Shown: piece after piece, positions 37,393 through 47,415 of the stretch
Numbering within the stretch: the first letter of the stretch is position 1
Layout of the letters: every line of letters starts with the position of its first letter
Assembly: GCA_963838885.1 (NCBI GenBank)
Contig: CAWITB010000010.1
Span: forward strand, 5,389-69,388
Source of the DNA: Bryobacterales bacterium
GTDB taxonomy: Bacteria > Acidobacteriota > Terriglobia > Bryobacterales > Bryobacteraceae
Reading direction: 5' to 3'
DNA length: 64,000 bases
Position numbers and translations under genes: made by a program
The notes under the pieces: model-generated
What the model was told of the DNA's origin: nothing
What the model saw: the letters and a program-made list of their open reading frames with translations, nothing else
Databases searched by the model: none

Positions 37393-39250
37393 ATGTGCGG
37401 CATTGTCGGTTACATCGGACCGCGAAAAGCGGCGCCCATTGTCCTCGACGGATTGCGGCGGCTGGAGTATAGGGGATACGATTCGGCTGGAATCGCGGTC
37501 CTCGATGGCGACGGCCAACTGGCGGTGCGCCGGGCTTCGGGCAAACTGCGCAACCTCGAAGAAACCATACGCGCCAACCCCGTCGACGGGGCTTACGGCA
37601 TTGGCCACACGCGTTGGGCGACGCACGGCCGGCCCACGGAAGAGAACGCGCATCCGCACCGCGATTGCACGGGCAACATCGTCGTGGTCCACAACGGGAT
37701 CGTCGAGAACTATCTTGCGCTGAAGCGGCAACTGAAGAGCGAAGGCCACCACTTCGTGACCGAAACCGATACCGAAGTGATCGCGCACCTCGTCGAGAAG
37801 CATTATTCCGGGAATCTCGAAGAGGCCGTCCGCAAAGCCGTCAAAGAGCTGAACGGCGTTTTCGCGCTGGGCATCGTCTCAAGCCAGGATCCGCATAAGA
37901 TCGTCGCGGCGCGGTCCGGTCCGCCGGTAGTGGTGGGGCTCGGCGAGGGCGAGTATTTCGTCGCCTCCGACGTCCCCGCGATCCTCAGCCACACGCGGGA
38001 CATGATTTTCCTCGGCGACGGCGACCTCGCCGTCCTGACTCCCGAAGGAGTGCGCCTGACCGATTTCAACGGCAGGTCGATCAAGCGCCCGGTCTCGCAT
38101 ATTCTGTGGGACCCCATTATGGCGGAAAAGGGCGGCTACAAGCATTTCATGCTCAAGGAGATCTTTGAGCAGCCGCGCGCCGTGCGCGATACCATGCTGG
38201 GCCGCGTGGGCCAGGAGTCGGGACGCATTTTCCTCGACGAAATGAACATCACGGACCGCGAGTTCCGCGAGCTGAAGCAAATCAAAATTATCGCGTGCGG
38301 CACGAGCTGGCACGCCGCTCTCGCAGGGAAATTCATGATCGAGCGGCTGGCGCGCATTCCTGTCGAAGTCGATTATGGCAGCGAGTTCCGCTATCGCGAT
38401 CCGATCCTCTCGAAGGACGTGCTGACCGTCGTCATATCGCAATCGGGCGAGACCGCCGATACGATCGCGGCGCAGCGCGAGGCCAAGCAGAAAGGCTCGA
38501 AGACGCTCGCCATTTGCAATGTTGTCGGGTCGATGATTACGCGCGAGGCCGCGGGCGCGCTCCTGACGCATGCCGGGCCGGAAATCGGCGTCGCATCGAC
38601 TAAAGCGTTCACCTGCCAGCTCACGGCCCTATTTATCCTCGCCATGTACCTCGGACAGATTCGCGAACAGCTCCCCGCCGAAGAATCCCGAACCCTGGTT
38701 CAGGAACTGGTACGGGTTCCCGGAAAGCTGGAGGCGATTCTCGATCACGATACAATTTACGACGAGATCGTGAAGCGCATGTTTCGCGCCAACGATTTTC
38801 TTTTTCTCGGCCGCGGCATTCATTTTCCGATAGCGCTCGAAGGGGCGCTGAAGTTGAAGGAGATCTCTTACATACACGCCGAAGGCTATCCGGCGGGCGA
38901 AATGAAGCACGGGCCCAATGCGCTCATCGACGAGAACCTTCCGGTGGTGGTGCTGGCCACGCGCGATCCGGACAGCCCGGAAAGCCGTATTCGCTACGAG
39001 AAGACGATATCGAACATTCAGGAAGTGAAGGCGCGCAGCGGAATCGTGATCGCGCGTGGCTTGTACGGGCGATGAAGAAGAGGTCGGCGGCATGGCGGAT
39101 TTCGTGCTCCACATTCCACCCGCGAGCGAGTTGCTCCTGCCGATCCTGGAAGTGGCGCCGCTGCAATTGCTCGCCTATCACATTGCCGTGCGGCGCGGCT
39201 GCGACGTCGATCAGCCGCGTAATCTCGCCAAGAGCGTCACGGTGGAATGA
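37393..39250 (+). CDS. glmS: glutamine--fructose-6-phosphate aminotransferase (isomerizing), with an apparent frameshift near 39050-39058
   Basis: [10 protein letters not shown]-terminal Ntn motif and two SIS domains. The canonical C-terminus ...[15 protein letters not shown] is in ORF 39056..39250, one frame off from the main ORF ending at 39075. Confidence 0.85.
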
Positions 39251-39669
39251 AGCAGGCGGCGCACCGGCTCGAAATCGTGACGCAGGGCAAGGGACTGTAT
39301 GATTTGACGCGCGAAATCGAGCGTTGGATCACGGCGCGGAAGCCGCGCGCGGGGCTGCTGACGATTTTCTGCCAGCACACCTCGGCCTCGCTAGTGATTC
39401 AGGAGAACGCCGATCCGGACGTAGTCGCCGACCTGAACGATTTTTTCGAGAGGCTCGTGCCGGAGGATGCGAGCCTGTACCGGCATACCGCCGAAGGACC
39501 TGACGATATGACGTCGCACATCCGCGCGGCGTTGACGCAGACGCAACTGAGCATCCCGGTCCAGGACGGCCGCCTGGCGCTCGGAACGTGGCAGGGCGTC
39601 TATCTTTTCGAGCATCGCGCGCGGCCTCACCGCCGCAGCATCGCGTTGCATTTGTTGATGGAGGAATAG
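39247..39669 (+). CDS. YjbQ/UPF0047 family protein (secondary thiamine-phosphate synthase)
   Basis: 140 aa; [24 protein letters not shown]...[17 protein letters not shown]...[12 protein letters not shown] is the UPF0047 signature. ATGA overlap with the glmS stop. Confidence 0.8.
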   Translation: MKQAAHRLEIVTQGKGLYDLTREIERWITARKPRAGLLTIFCQHTSASLVIQENADPDVVADLNDFFERLVPEDASLYRHTAEGPDDMTSHIRAALTQTQLSIPVQDGRLALGTWQGVYLFEHRARPHRRSIALHLLMEE

Positions 39670-39680
39670 ACTAAAGGGCG

Positions 39681-39725
39681 GCTTCAGCCCGCTTGGCTTT
39701 AGCCCGCTTAGCTTCAGCCCGTGAG
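39681..39725. repeat. 15-nt x3 tandem repeat (GCTTyAGCCCGyknn)
   Basis: Three consecutive 15-nt units spanning the rseP stop codon region, read directly. Confidence 0.75.
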
Positions 39726-41024
39726 CTTGGAAATATCGTTGTAGATCGCAAAAGCCACGACGGCCATCAGAAATACGAAGCCGGCCTTGAACACGGCCTC
39801 TTTAACGCGCAGACTCAGGTCGCGGCGCATGAACATCTCGATCAGGAGCATCAGAATCGTGCCGCCATCGAGAATCGGAATCGGCAGCAGGTTGAGCACC
39901 GCGAGATTGAGGCTGACCATAGCCATGAAACCTAGATAAGGGATCGTCCCCTCGCGGGCCGCTTCACCGGAAAGCTGCGCGATGCCGATGGGACTATTCA
40001 GCGTCTTGGGCGACATCTTCTGCTCCACGATGCCGCGCAGCATGGTATAGATCAGCGAAGCGTATTTGACGTTCTGTCGCACGGATTCGGAGAACGCCTC
40101 GGGCAGACGCAGTTGCGTGATCTGCAGTCTCGGCTCCAGTGTGACGCCAATCATCCATTGCTCGCTGCCGTCCATATTTCTTTGCGCGGGCGTCACGGTC
40201 GCAACGCGCTGCCGGCCGTTGCGCGAGTAAGCGATCGAAACCGGTTTGCCGCCAGTTCGCGCGATGGTCTCTTTCAGCGTATAGGTGGAGCGGATGGGCT
40301 GCCCGTCGATTCCCGTAAGAATATCGCTGCGTTCCAGCCCGGCCTTGGCCGCGCCCATGCCGGGCATGACGCTGGCTACTTCAATGTCCGTGGATTCGGC
40401 CCAGCCAGCCACGCCCGCGCCCGACTTGGCGTCCAGCGCAGGCGTGATAACGAGATGCTTGCGCTCACCGTTGCGCAGCACCCAGACGTCGATCGCGTGT
40501 CCGGCGCTGGCAAGCTCGCGCATGGCGATGTCTTCCCAATTCGGATCGACGGTGGTATCGATCTGGACCACGCGATCCCCGGCTTGAACGCCGGCTTTGG
40601 CCGCCGCTCCGCCGGGCAGCACGTAGCCAACCACGGGGTCGGGCTTGTTGGGCAGCTTTTCAAAGTGCACCATGAACAGCCCCGTCAGCACCGCGACCGC
40701 GAGCACGACGTTCATGAAGGGTCCGGCAAACGAAATAATCAGACGCTGCCAGCGCGGCTTGGCCAAAAAGGCCCGGGGATCGCTCGAGTTCTCTTCTCCC
40801 GGCTCCGCCCCGGCCATTTTCACGTAGCCTCCGAACAGGATGAGCGAGAAGCGAAAGTCCGTCTCGCCCCGTTTAAAGCCGAACAGCCGCGGCCCGAACC
40901 CGAAGCTGAAGGCGTCCACGCGAACGTCGAAAAAGCGCGCCGCCCAGAAATGGCCAAGCTCGTGGATCAGGATCATCACCCCGATCAGGACCAGCAGCCA
41001 CCAGATATTCTGAAGAACGGTCAT
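39714..41024 (-). CDS. rseP: RIP metalloprotease RseP (site-2 protease, M50, PDZ domains)
   Basis: HELGHFWAARFF (HExxH) in TM1, two PDZ-like regions, C-terminal NLAVLNLLPIPILDGG motif. Confidence 0.85.
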   Translation of the reverse strand: MTVLQNIWWLLVLIGVMILIHELGHFWAARFFDVRVDAFSFGFGPRLFGFKRGETDFRFSLILFGGYVKMAGAEPGEENSSDPRAFLAKPRWQRLIISFAGPFMNVVLAVAVLTGLFMVHFEKLPNKPDPVVGYVLPGGAAAKAGVQAGDRVVQIDTTVDPNWEDIAMRELASAGHAIDVWVLRNGERKHLVITPALDAKSGAGVAGWAESTDIEVASVMPGMGAAKAGLERSDILTGIDGQPIRSTYTLKETIARTGGKPVSIAYSRNGRQRVATVTPAQRNMDGSEQWMIGVTLEPRLQITQLRLPEAFSESVRQNVKYASLIYTMLRGIVEQKMSPKTLNSPIGIAQLSGEAAREGTIPYLGFMAMVSLNLAVLNLLPIPILDGGTILMLLIEMFMRRDLSLRVKEAVFKAGFVFLMAVVAFAIYNDISKLTG

Positions 41025-41030
41025 TCGAGT

Positions 41031-42231
41031 TTACGCCGTAGGGCAGGCGTTCAGCGTCCCAGCCCTTTCGAGAACGCGCCGGGCGGCCTGGCGCGATTCG
41101 CGGTCGATTTCGAGAACCTCGCGAACGGAGCCGGGCTGGCGCACCGGCACTCGCTCCAGAGTTTCTTCCACAATTGCCGAAATGGACGGGAAAGAGATTT
41201 GCCCGTTCAGAAAAGCCTCAACCGCAACTTCATCCGCTGCATTGAGAGTACAGGTTGCCGACCCGCCCGTCCGCTGGGCCTCGTAAGCCAGCCGCAGCAG
41301 AGGGAATTTCACGAAATCGGGTGGAAAAAAGGTCCACGTTCGCGCCGCGGTCCAATCCAGCCGCGCGACTGGCGCGTCTTCGCGATCCGGCCAGGTAAGG
41401 GCGTACTGGATCGGCATGCGCATGTCCGTCGCCGAGATTTGAGCAATCAGGCTTCCGTCGTTAAACTCCACCATGGCGTGGATTGACGATTGCGGATGTA
41501 CGACCACGTCGATCTCGCGCGGGCTCCAAGTCGAACAGCCAGCAGGCCTCTATCACTTCAAAGCCCTTGTTCATCAAAGTGGCCGAATCGATGGTAATGC
41601 GGCGGCCCATTTGCCACGTGGGATGATGCAGCGCCTGCTCCGGCGTGATAGCGGAAAAATGTTCCAGCGGAGTTTCGCGGAACGGGCCGCCGGATGCCGT
41701 CAGCAACAGGCGCGAAACCTCGCCACGCTTTCCAGCGCGAAAGCATTGGTGCGCTCCGTTGTGTTCGCTATCAACCGGAATCAACTCCGTAGCAGCCTTT
41801 CGCGCGGCATCCATGACGAGGGCGCCGCCCGCCACCAGCGTCTCTTTATTCGCCAACCCCACTCGCTTTCCGCTTACCACGGCCTCGTAAGTCGCCTCCA
41901 GGCCCGCGACGCCGACAATCGCCGACATCACGAAGTCCACACTGCCGTCGGTCGCGGCCGCAACGCGGCCAGCCGGGCCGAACGATACCTCCGGCCACTC
42001 CGATACCGGCAATTTGCTTTCGGAAAGTCTCCTTAATAGATTCGCGCGCACGCCTTCGGTTGCCACTACCGCCATTTCGGGACGAAAGCGCTCGATTTGG
42101 CTAGCCAGCAGATCGGCGTTTCGCCCTGCCACCAGCGCAAAGACGCGGTATTCGCCGGGATGGCGGCCAACAACATCCAGCGTACTCACGCCGATGGAGC
42201 CGGTCGAGCCAAGGATGGTGAGATTTTTCAA
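41031..42231 (-). CDS. dxr: 1-deoxy-D-xylulose 5-phosphate reductoisomerase, with an apparent frameshift near 41511-41521
   Basis: ILGSTGSIGVSTLDV, ...DSEHNGAHQC..., NKGFEVIEACWLF in ORF 41461..42231. EIDVVVHPQSSIHAMVEF... continues in ORF 41031..41507, one frame off. Confidence 0.85.
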
Positions 42232-42430
42232 AGACTTATTTTACAGCGTTCGAGCGGCCACGTACAGGGTACGCTCGCTCTCGCTGAAAGACCCAAACCC
42301 TTGCGGGCGCCGGGGAGGATTGCTTCAGGGGTCTTTTATGAGGTTAGTCTCGCTTTGGTGGGAGTTGCCTCCCCGGCTTACTTCCAATATTAGTATATGA
42401 TTTTGCGGAACGCAACAGTTTTTTGTATTC

Positions 42431-43324
42431 TTAATGTTTTTTTACTTGGACACCGGCCCAATCTTCCTCGACCGTTATCGTGGAACAGAAGTCCGCTTCT
42501 CCGTAACCCTTTGAAATTGCAGCTCCAAACATCTGTTGCGTCAAGGCCGTGAGGGGTAACGGTACTCCCAGTTCCCGACCGGAATCGAGCGCCATGCTGA
42601 CGTCCTTGTGCATCCACTTTGTGGAAAACGCCGTTTGGAAATCGTGTTTCAGCACAAACGGCGCTTTGGCGCTGATCAGGCCCGACTTCGCAGCGCTGTT
42701 GTCCAGGACCTGAAGCATTAGGGACGGATCGACGCCGCCTTTGGTCGCCAGAACCATGCCCTCGTTGAAGGCTTGCATGATGTTGGCGAGAATCAGATTT
42801 TGCGTCAGCTTGGCCTGCAAACCCATGCCCGGACCGCCGCAATAGAAAAACATCTTGCCCATATTTTCAAACCAAGGCCTGGCGCTCTCAAACACGCCCT
42901 CATCGCCCCCGATCATGAAAGTCAGGGTGCCGTTGGTCGCCCCGGGTGTCGAGCCGGTGCACGGCGCATCGAGGAAGTGAACGCCCTTGGCGTGGAACGC
43001 CGCATGGATTTCGCGGCTGGCGTGCGGCGAGATGGTGCTGGCATCGGCAACCGTGCTGCCGGGCGCCGCGCCTTCGATGACCCCCTGCGGTCCCAACAAG
43101 ACGTGACGCGACATCTCCGTGTTGCCAACGCAAAGGAAAACACATTCGGAGCGGCCCGCAACTTCACGCGGAGACTGGCACGGAGTGCCCTTGCCCTCCG
43201 GGGCGAGCTTTTCCGCTTTCGAAGCAGTCTTCGACCACAGCGCCACTTCGTGACCCGCCTGCAGCAGACGCCGCGCCATGGGGTAACCCATTAATCCCAA
43301 TCCGAGAAAGCCGAGTTTTGCCAT
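42431..43324 (-). CDS. NAD(P)-dependent beta-hydroxyacid dehydrogenase (3-hydroxyisobutyrate / 2-hydroxy-3-oxopropionate reductase family)
   Basis: MAKLGFLGLGLMGYPMARRL Rossmann motif; DAPCTGSTPGATNGTLTFMIGG; KLTQNLI... Start placed at ATG 43324. Confidence 0.8.
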   Translation of the reverse strand: MAKLGFLGLGLMGYPMARRLLQAGHEVALWSKTASKAEKLAPEGKGTPCQSPREVAGRSECVFLCVGNTEMSRHVLLGPQGVIEGAAPGSTVADASTISPHASREIHAAFHAKGVHFLDAPCTGSTPGATNGTLTFMIGGDEGVFESARPWFENMGKMFFYCGGPGMGLQAKLTQNLILANIMQAFNEGMVLATKGGVDPSLMLQVLDNSAAKSGLISAKAPFVLKHDFQTAFSTKWMHKDVSMALDSGRELGVPLPLTALTQQMFGAAISKGYGEADFCSTITVEEDWAGVQVKKH

Positions 43325-43341
43325 AAGAGAGAATAGTACCA

Positions 43342-44337
43342 ATGAAACCGCGAGTGCTGGTCACGAAGCGAATTTATCCCGAAGCCATCGATTATCTGAA
43401 GCAGCATTGCGAAGTCGATTACGAGGAGACCGACACGGTCCTGGGCGCACCGGAATTGCTCGCGCGGGCCCAGGGGAAAGACGGAATCGTCGCGCAACTC
43501 GGGGATAAGTTTACGGACGCGGTCATCGAGCGGCTGCAGGGGATCAAGGTAATCGCAAATGTCGCGGTTGGATTCGACAACGTCGATGTCGCGGCGGCGA
43601 CACGGAAGGGAATCGTCGTCACGAACACGCCGGACGTTCTGACGGATACGACGGCCGATTTCGCATTTGCGCTGCTGCTCGCCGCCGCGCGGCGCGTCGT
43701 CGAAGGGCACCATTTCATCCATGCGGGGCAGTGGAATCTCTGGGCCATCGATCTTCTGGTGGGGCAGGATATCCATCATAAAACGCTCGGGATTTTCGGT
43801 ATGGGACGGATCGGGCGGGCGATGGCGCGGCGCGCGCGTGGATTTTCTATGCGCGTCATTTACAACGATGTCGTGCCAGCGGGCGAAGCGCTCGATCGGG
43901 AATTGCAACTCGAGCTCGTCTCGAAAGAGCAGTTGCTGCGAGAAGCGGATTTCGTGAGCCTGCACGTCCCGCTCACGGCATCGACGCGCAAGCTGATTGG
44001 CGAGCCGGAGCTGCGCGCCATGAAATCCACGGCGGTGCTGGTGAACACCTCGCGCGGACCGGTCGTGGATGAGGCGGCGGTGGCGCTGGCGCTAACGGAG
44101 GGCTGGATCGCCGCGGCCGGCCTGGACGTGTTTGAGAACGAGCCGAACGTGTACGCGCGACTGCTTGCTCTCAACAATGTTGTACTGACGCCGCACATCG
44201 CGAGCGCCTCGGTCGACACGCGGCGGGAAATGTCCATGCTCGCGGCACGCAATGCGGTAGCCGTGCTAGAAGGCCGCCGCCCGGAGACGCCGCTCAACCC
44301 GGAGTTGTGGGATCCGGCAGGCTCGAAAGAATCTTGA
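43342..44337 (+). CDS. D-2-hydroxyacid dehydrogenase (glyoxylate/hydroxypyruvate reductase-like)
   Basis: 331 aa; GIFGMGRIGRAMARRA NAD motif; NTSRGPVVDE...LDVFENEP...TPHIASAS catalytic R/E/H pattern. Confidence 0.8.
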   Translation: MKPRVLVTKRIYPEAIDYLKQHCEVDYEETDTVLGAPELLARAQGKDGIVAQLGDKFTDAVIERLQGIKVIANVAVGFDNVDVAAATRKGIVVTNTPDVLTDTTADFAFALLLAAARRVVEGHHFIHAGQWNLWAIDLLVGQDIHHKTLGIFGMGRIGRAMARRARGFSMRVIYNDVVPAGEALDRELQLELVSKEQLLREADFVSLHVPLTASTRKLIGEPELRAMKSTAVLVNTSRGPVVDEAAVALALTEGWIAAAGLDVFENEPNVYARLLALNNVVLTPHIASASVDTRREMSMLAARNAVAVLEGRRPETPLNPELWDPAGSKES

Positions 44338-44345
44338 GCACGAGT
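44296..44345. repeat. direct repeat unit 1 (covers the last codons and stop of the hydroxyacid dehydrogenase gene)
   Basis: caacccggagttgtgggatccggcaggctcgaaagaatcttgagcacgag recurs at 44475-44521 with a 3-nt gap and three mismatches. Confidence 0.8.
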
Positions 44346-44472
44346 GGAATTCCTCAGCCTCGAGCTGCGGCGCTCGGTTTAATTGGCCGGCGTTTTGCGA
44401 GCCGGAACCCGCACCCTCGATCGCGGCTCGGTTGGCTCGCGCTTGCGGACGAAAACGGCGTGGAAAGACGAT

Positions 44473-44826
44473 TCAGCCCGGAGTTGTGGGCGGCAGGCTC
44501 GAAAGTATCTTGAGCAGGAGCAGGTCCGAAGGATGAAAGCTGGCGGCCGAGACGTTGTTCAAATCCTCATCGCTCTCCACGATATGGCTGCGGATCAGGG
44601 AACGCAGCCGATCGACGGAAACGCCCAACTCCATCGCGGCTTCGCATTCCGAGTAAGGACCTTTCACGGGACCTCTTGAGGGATTGGGCGCAAGCGGTTG
44701 CATGGCGGCGTTGGCAGTCTCCATTTGCATTCTAAGGTGCGGGCGCGGGCGGGCAAATCGGTTAGAGATCTTAGATGGCGCGCCATCATCCCTGATGGAC
44801 TTTCGTACTACCGCCGGGGCGGACAA
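44473..44826 (-). CDS. hypothetical protein, possible HTH
   Basis: 117-aa ORF; YSECEAAMELGVSVDRLRSLIRSHI looks like a short HTH. The C-terminus is encoded antisense to repeat unit 2, so the ORF limits are doubtful. Confidence 0.3.
   Translation of the reverse strand: MSAPAVVRKSIRDDGAPSKISNRFARPRPHLRMQMETANAAMQPLAPNPSRGPVKGPYSECEAAMELGVSVDRLRSLIRSHIVESDEDLNNVSAASFHPSDLLLLKILSSLPPTTPG
44475..44521. repeat. direct repeat unit 2 (orphan copy of the gene 3-prime end)
   Basis: cagcccggagttgtgggcggcaggctcgaaagtatcttgagcaggag; see unit 1. Confidence 0.8.
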
Positions 44827-44856
44827 AGCGTGCTATGCTGCGAGCAGAACACTGGC

Positions 44857-45225
44857 ATGTTGCGCGCGAAGCTGATCGTCTTTGTGGCCGCGGCAATCTT
44901 TTTTGCCCAGCTCCAGTGCGTTGCGGCATGCGCAAGCGCGCCGTGCGCCCCCGATTCCGGCAAGAACCGATCGCTCCCGCCGTGCCATCGGCATCACGGC
45001 CACTCGCACGACCCGAGTCCCGGTTCATGCGCGCACCAAGCCATCGTCACCACGGCGACATCGCCGCGGACGCTACGGACCCCAGCTCCGTTCGTCTCAA
45101 TGCTGAGCGCGACGGCAACTCTCGCCGCGCCGATTGCGGCCGGCACGTGGACCGGCGAGTTACACTTGGCGGCGTTTTCTCAATCCGGCTTCATAAGCCT
45201 TTCTTCCACTCCCCTCCGAATCTGA
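44857..45225 (+). CDS. small secreted Cys/His-rich protein
   Basis: ATG 44857 gives MLRAKLIVFVAAAIFFAQLQCVAACASAPCAP...PPCHRHHGHSHDPSPGSCAH. Signal peptide plus clustered Cys/His. Confidence 0.45.
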   Translation: MLRAKLIVFVAAAIFFAQLQCVAACASAPCAPDSGKNRSLPPCHRHHGHSHDPSPGSCAHQAIVTTATSPRTLRTPAPFVSMLSATATLAAPIAAGTWTGELHLAAFSQSGFISLSSTPLRI

Positions 45226-45250
45226 GTCTCTCCCGATCCGCAATCATTCC

Positions 45251-46621
45251 ATGTCTGTGGCCGCGGTGCGGCCGCGGAGTGCTTTTGGTTCGGGGAGAAG
45301 GAGATCACTCTTGCGGAGACAAATTCAAATTTATGTATTGGCAGTGGTTTCATGCCATTGCGCCGCGGCCCAAGAGGAGCAAATGGGAGATCACCATGCC
45401 GGGCACGAAACATCGGCAATGAATATGGTGGACATGAATCCAGCGAGCATGTTTCTGATGAATCTCTCTTCCGGAACTTCACAGAATCCAGCCGCATGGC
45501 CCATGCCGATGATCATGACCCATTTCGGGAATTGGAACACGATGTTCATGGGCGTAGGGTTTCTGTCGGACATCCAACAATCCGGCCCACGCGGCGGCGA
45601 TAAGCTATACTCGACCAACTGGTTCATGGCTTCCGCCGAGCACCGCGCTGGATCGAACGGCGCATTCGAGGCCGTGCTCATGCTCAGCCTGGAACCAGCG
45701 ACGGTCGCGGACCGGCGCTATCCGCTGCTTTTTCAGACCGGGGAAACGGCTTACGGCCTGCCCTTGGTTGACGCGCAGCACCCGCACAATTTGATCATGT
45801 CTCTGGGGTTCCATTACGCGCGCCAGCTTGCCGAGAACACCACGCTCGACCTGTATTTTGCGCCGGTCGGCGACCCCGCGCTCGGGCCGGTAGCCTTTCC
45901 CCATCGCGCCTCGGCAATGGAGCTGCCCGAAGCGCCGATCTCTCATCATTTGCAGGATTCGACCCATATCGCCGACGAGGTCGTCACCGCTGGAATCCAT
46001 TATAAAAAGGTAAAGCTCGAAGCCAGCGGATTCTACGGCTCCGAGCCGGGTGAGAATCGTTGGATCGTCCAAACCGGCCCCCTCAATTCGTGGTCTTCGC
46101 GATTGTGGTTCTTTCCTTCGAAGAATTGGGCGGCACAGGCGTCGTTCGGGAGGCTGGTCCACCCCGAGGCGCTGGAGCCCGGCGACCAGACTCGGGCGAC
46201 GGCTTCAATCGAATACAGTCGGCCGCTGCCTGGGGGAAGCTGGTCTTCGACCCTGGCGTGGGGGCGCACCCACAGTACCGCGACATTTCGCAATCTGAAT
46301 TCGTATCTGGCGGAATCCGTGCTGCCGGTGACGCCCCGCAATTTCATCACGGGCCGGTTCGAACTCGTGGATAAGGACGAACTGTTCAGCGACCAGCCGG
46401 CTCTGGAACAGCGGCTCGAACCACTCTATGGCAGCACGTTTCGAATCGGCGCCTACACTCTCGGCTACACGCGAGACATCGATCTTTTCCAGCATGTCGC
46501 AACCGGAATCGGAGCGAATTTCACGGCTTACACGCTGCCGGACGCGATCAAGCCGTATTACGGCGCTCATCCCGTGGGCGGCAATATTTTCGTTCGTTTT
46601 CGGCTCAGGCCGCACGAATAG
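45251..46621 (+). CDS. hypothetical secreted/outer-membrane-like protein with His- and Met-rich N-terminal region
   Basis: 456-aa ORF; MGDHHAGHETSAMNMVDMNPASMFLMNL...WPMPMIMTHF, then a long region of alternating beta-like segments. No family recognised. Confidence 0.5.
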   Translation: MSVAAVRPRSAFGSGRRRSLLRRQIQIYVLAVVSCHCAAAQEEQMGDHHAGHETSAMNMVDMNPASMFLMNLSSGTSQNPAAWPMPMIMTHFGNWNTMFMGVGFLSDIQQSGPRGGDKLYSTNWFMASAEHRAGSNGAFEAVLMLSLEPATVADRRYPLLFQTGETAYGLPLVDAQHPHNLIMSLGFHYARQLAENTTLDLYFAPVGDPALGPVAFPHRASAMELPEAPISHHLQDSTHIADEVVTAGIHYKKVKLEASGFYGSEPGENRWIVQTGPLNSWSSRLWFFPSKNWAAQASFGRLVHPEALEPGDQTRATASIEYSRPLPGGSWSSTLAWGRTHSTATFRNLNSYLAESVLPVTPRNFITGRFELVDKDELFSDQPALEQRLEPLYGSTFRIGAYTLGYTRDIDLFQHVATGIGANFTAYTLPDAIKPYYGAHPVGGNIFVRFRLRPHE

Positions 46622-46662
46622 CGTAGAGGAAAGGAAGGCATTGCAATGCAAAGGACTTTTTC

Positions 46663-46968
46663 TTGGCGCTGGCGCTCGCAGCCCTGCCCATCGCGGCTGC
46701 GGCCGGTACGTTCACGGGCGTCATCACCGACACAATGTGCGGCGCCAAACACGAGATGATGAAAGACCAGCCCGACGCCCGGTGCGTCAAAATGTGCACA
46801 GAAGGGCAGTATGCTTATGCGCTCTTCGACGGCACAAACGTCCTAAAGTTGAGCGATCAGAAGACGCCTGCAAAGTACGCGGCCCAAAAAGTAAAGGTGA
46901 CCGGCACGCTCGACCAAAAGAGCAACACAATCAAGGTTTCGTCGATCGAGCCTGCCGATGGAAAGTAG
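46663..46968 (+). CDS. small secreted Cys-containing protein
   Basis: TTG 46663 in the track. A better start (ATG 46646 after GAGGAAAGGAAGG, giving MQRTFFLALALAALPIAAAAG) would require one more T in the T5 run at about 46657-46661. Confidence 0.5.
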   Translation: MALALAALPIAAAAGTFTGVITDTMCGAKHEMMKDQPDARCVKMCTEGQYAYALFDGTNVLKLSDQKTPAKYAAQKVKVTGTLDQKSNTIKVSSIEPADGK

Positions 46969-47415
46969 TGCGCCCGGCGCCGTTCGCGCCTCGCGATGCG
47001 CCACTTCCGGCGCGAGTGAAGCCGGCGCATTGGGTTTATTGCCGCTCCTGACATGACGGCAATAGTTGGAGTGGCGACGCTGGAAAACGGTGTACGCGGG
47101 CGGGCCCGGCGTGCGCGCGGCCACCACTCAGGCAGGCTCCGTCTTCTGGTGTTTTGCGCCGCGGCTGCGGCTGATCGTGAGCTTTCGGCGGGCATGCGTG
47201 ACGACTGATTGCGGTTGATAGCGTCAGTCTATGGCGGACCCGGACAACAGCCCGATAGGGAGCACATCCGATGCGGATGTCGCGGCGGTTCTTCGGAATT
47301 TGGGGAGCACTGTTGTGCTCAGTTCCCATAAACCATCGGCGATTCCTGCCCATTTAGCCGGGCGCTGCCCACGAGGTAAGAGCAAACACGGTAGGGAAAG
47401 GTCGAGAACTAACGA

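Noticed and set aside
42232-42430. Inverted repeats (GCCGGGGAGG...CCTCCCCGGC and AAAGACCC...GGGGTCTTT) and a TTGCG-GAA-CGCAA + T6 hairpin between the dehydrogenase gene and dxr, as a possible structured RNA or terminator.
   Set aside because: The only T-tailed hairpin faces the plus strand, where no gene ends, and I recognise no conserved RNA family. It may be a REP-like or terminator region, but the support is insufficient.
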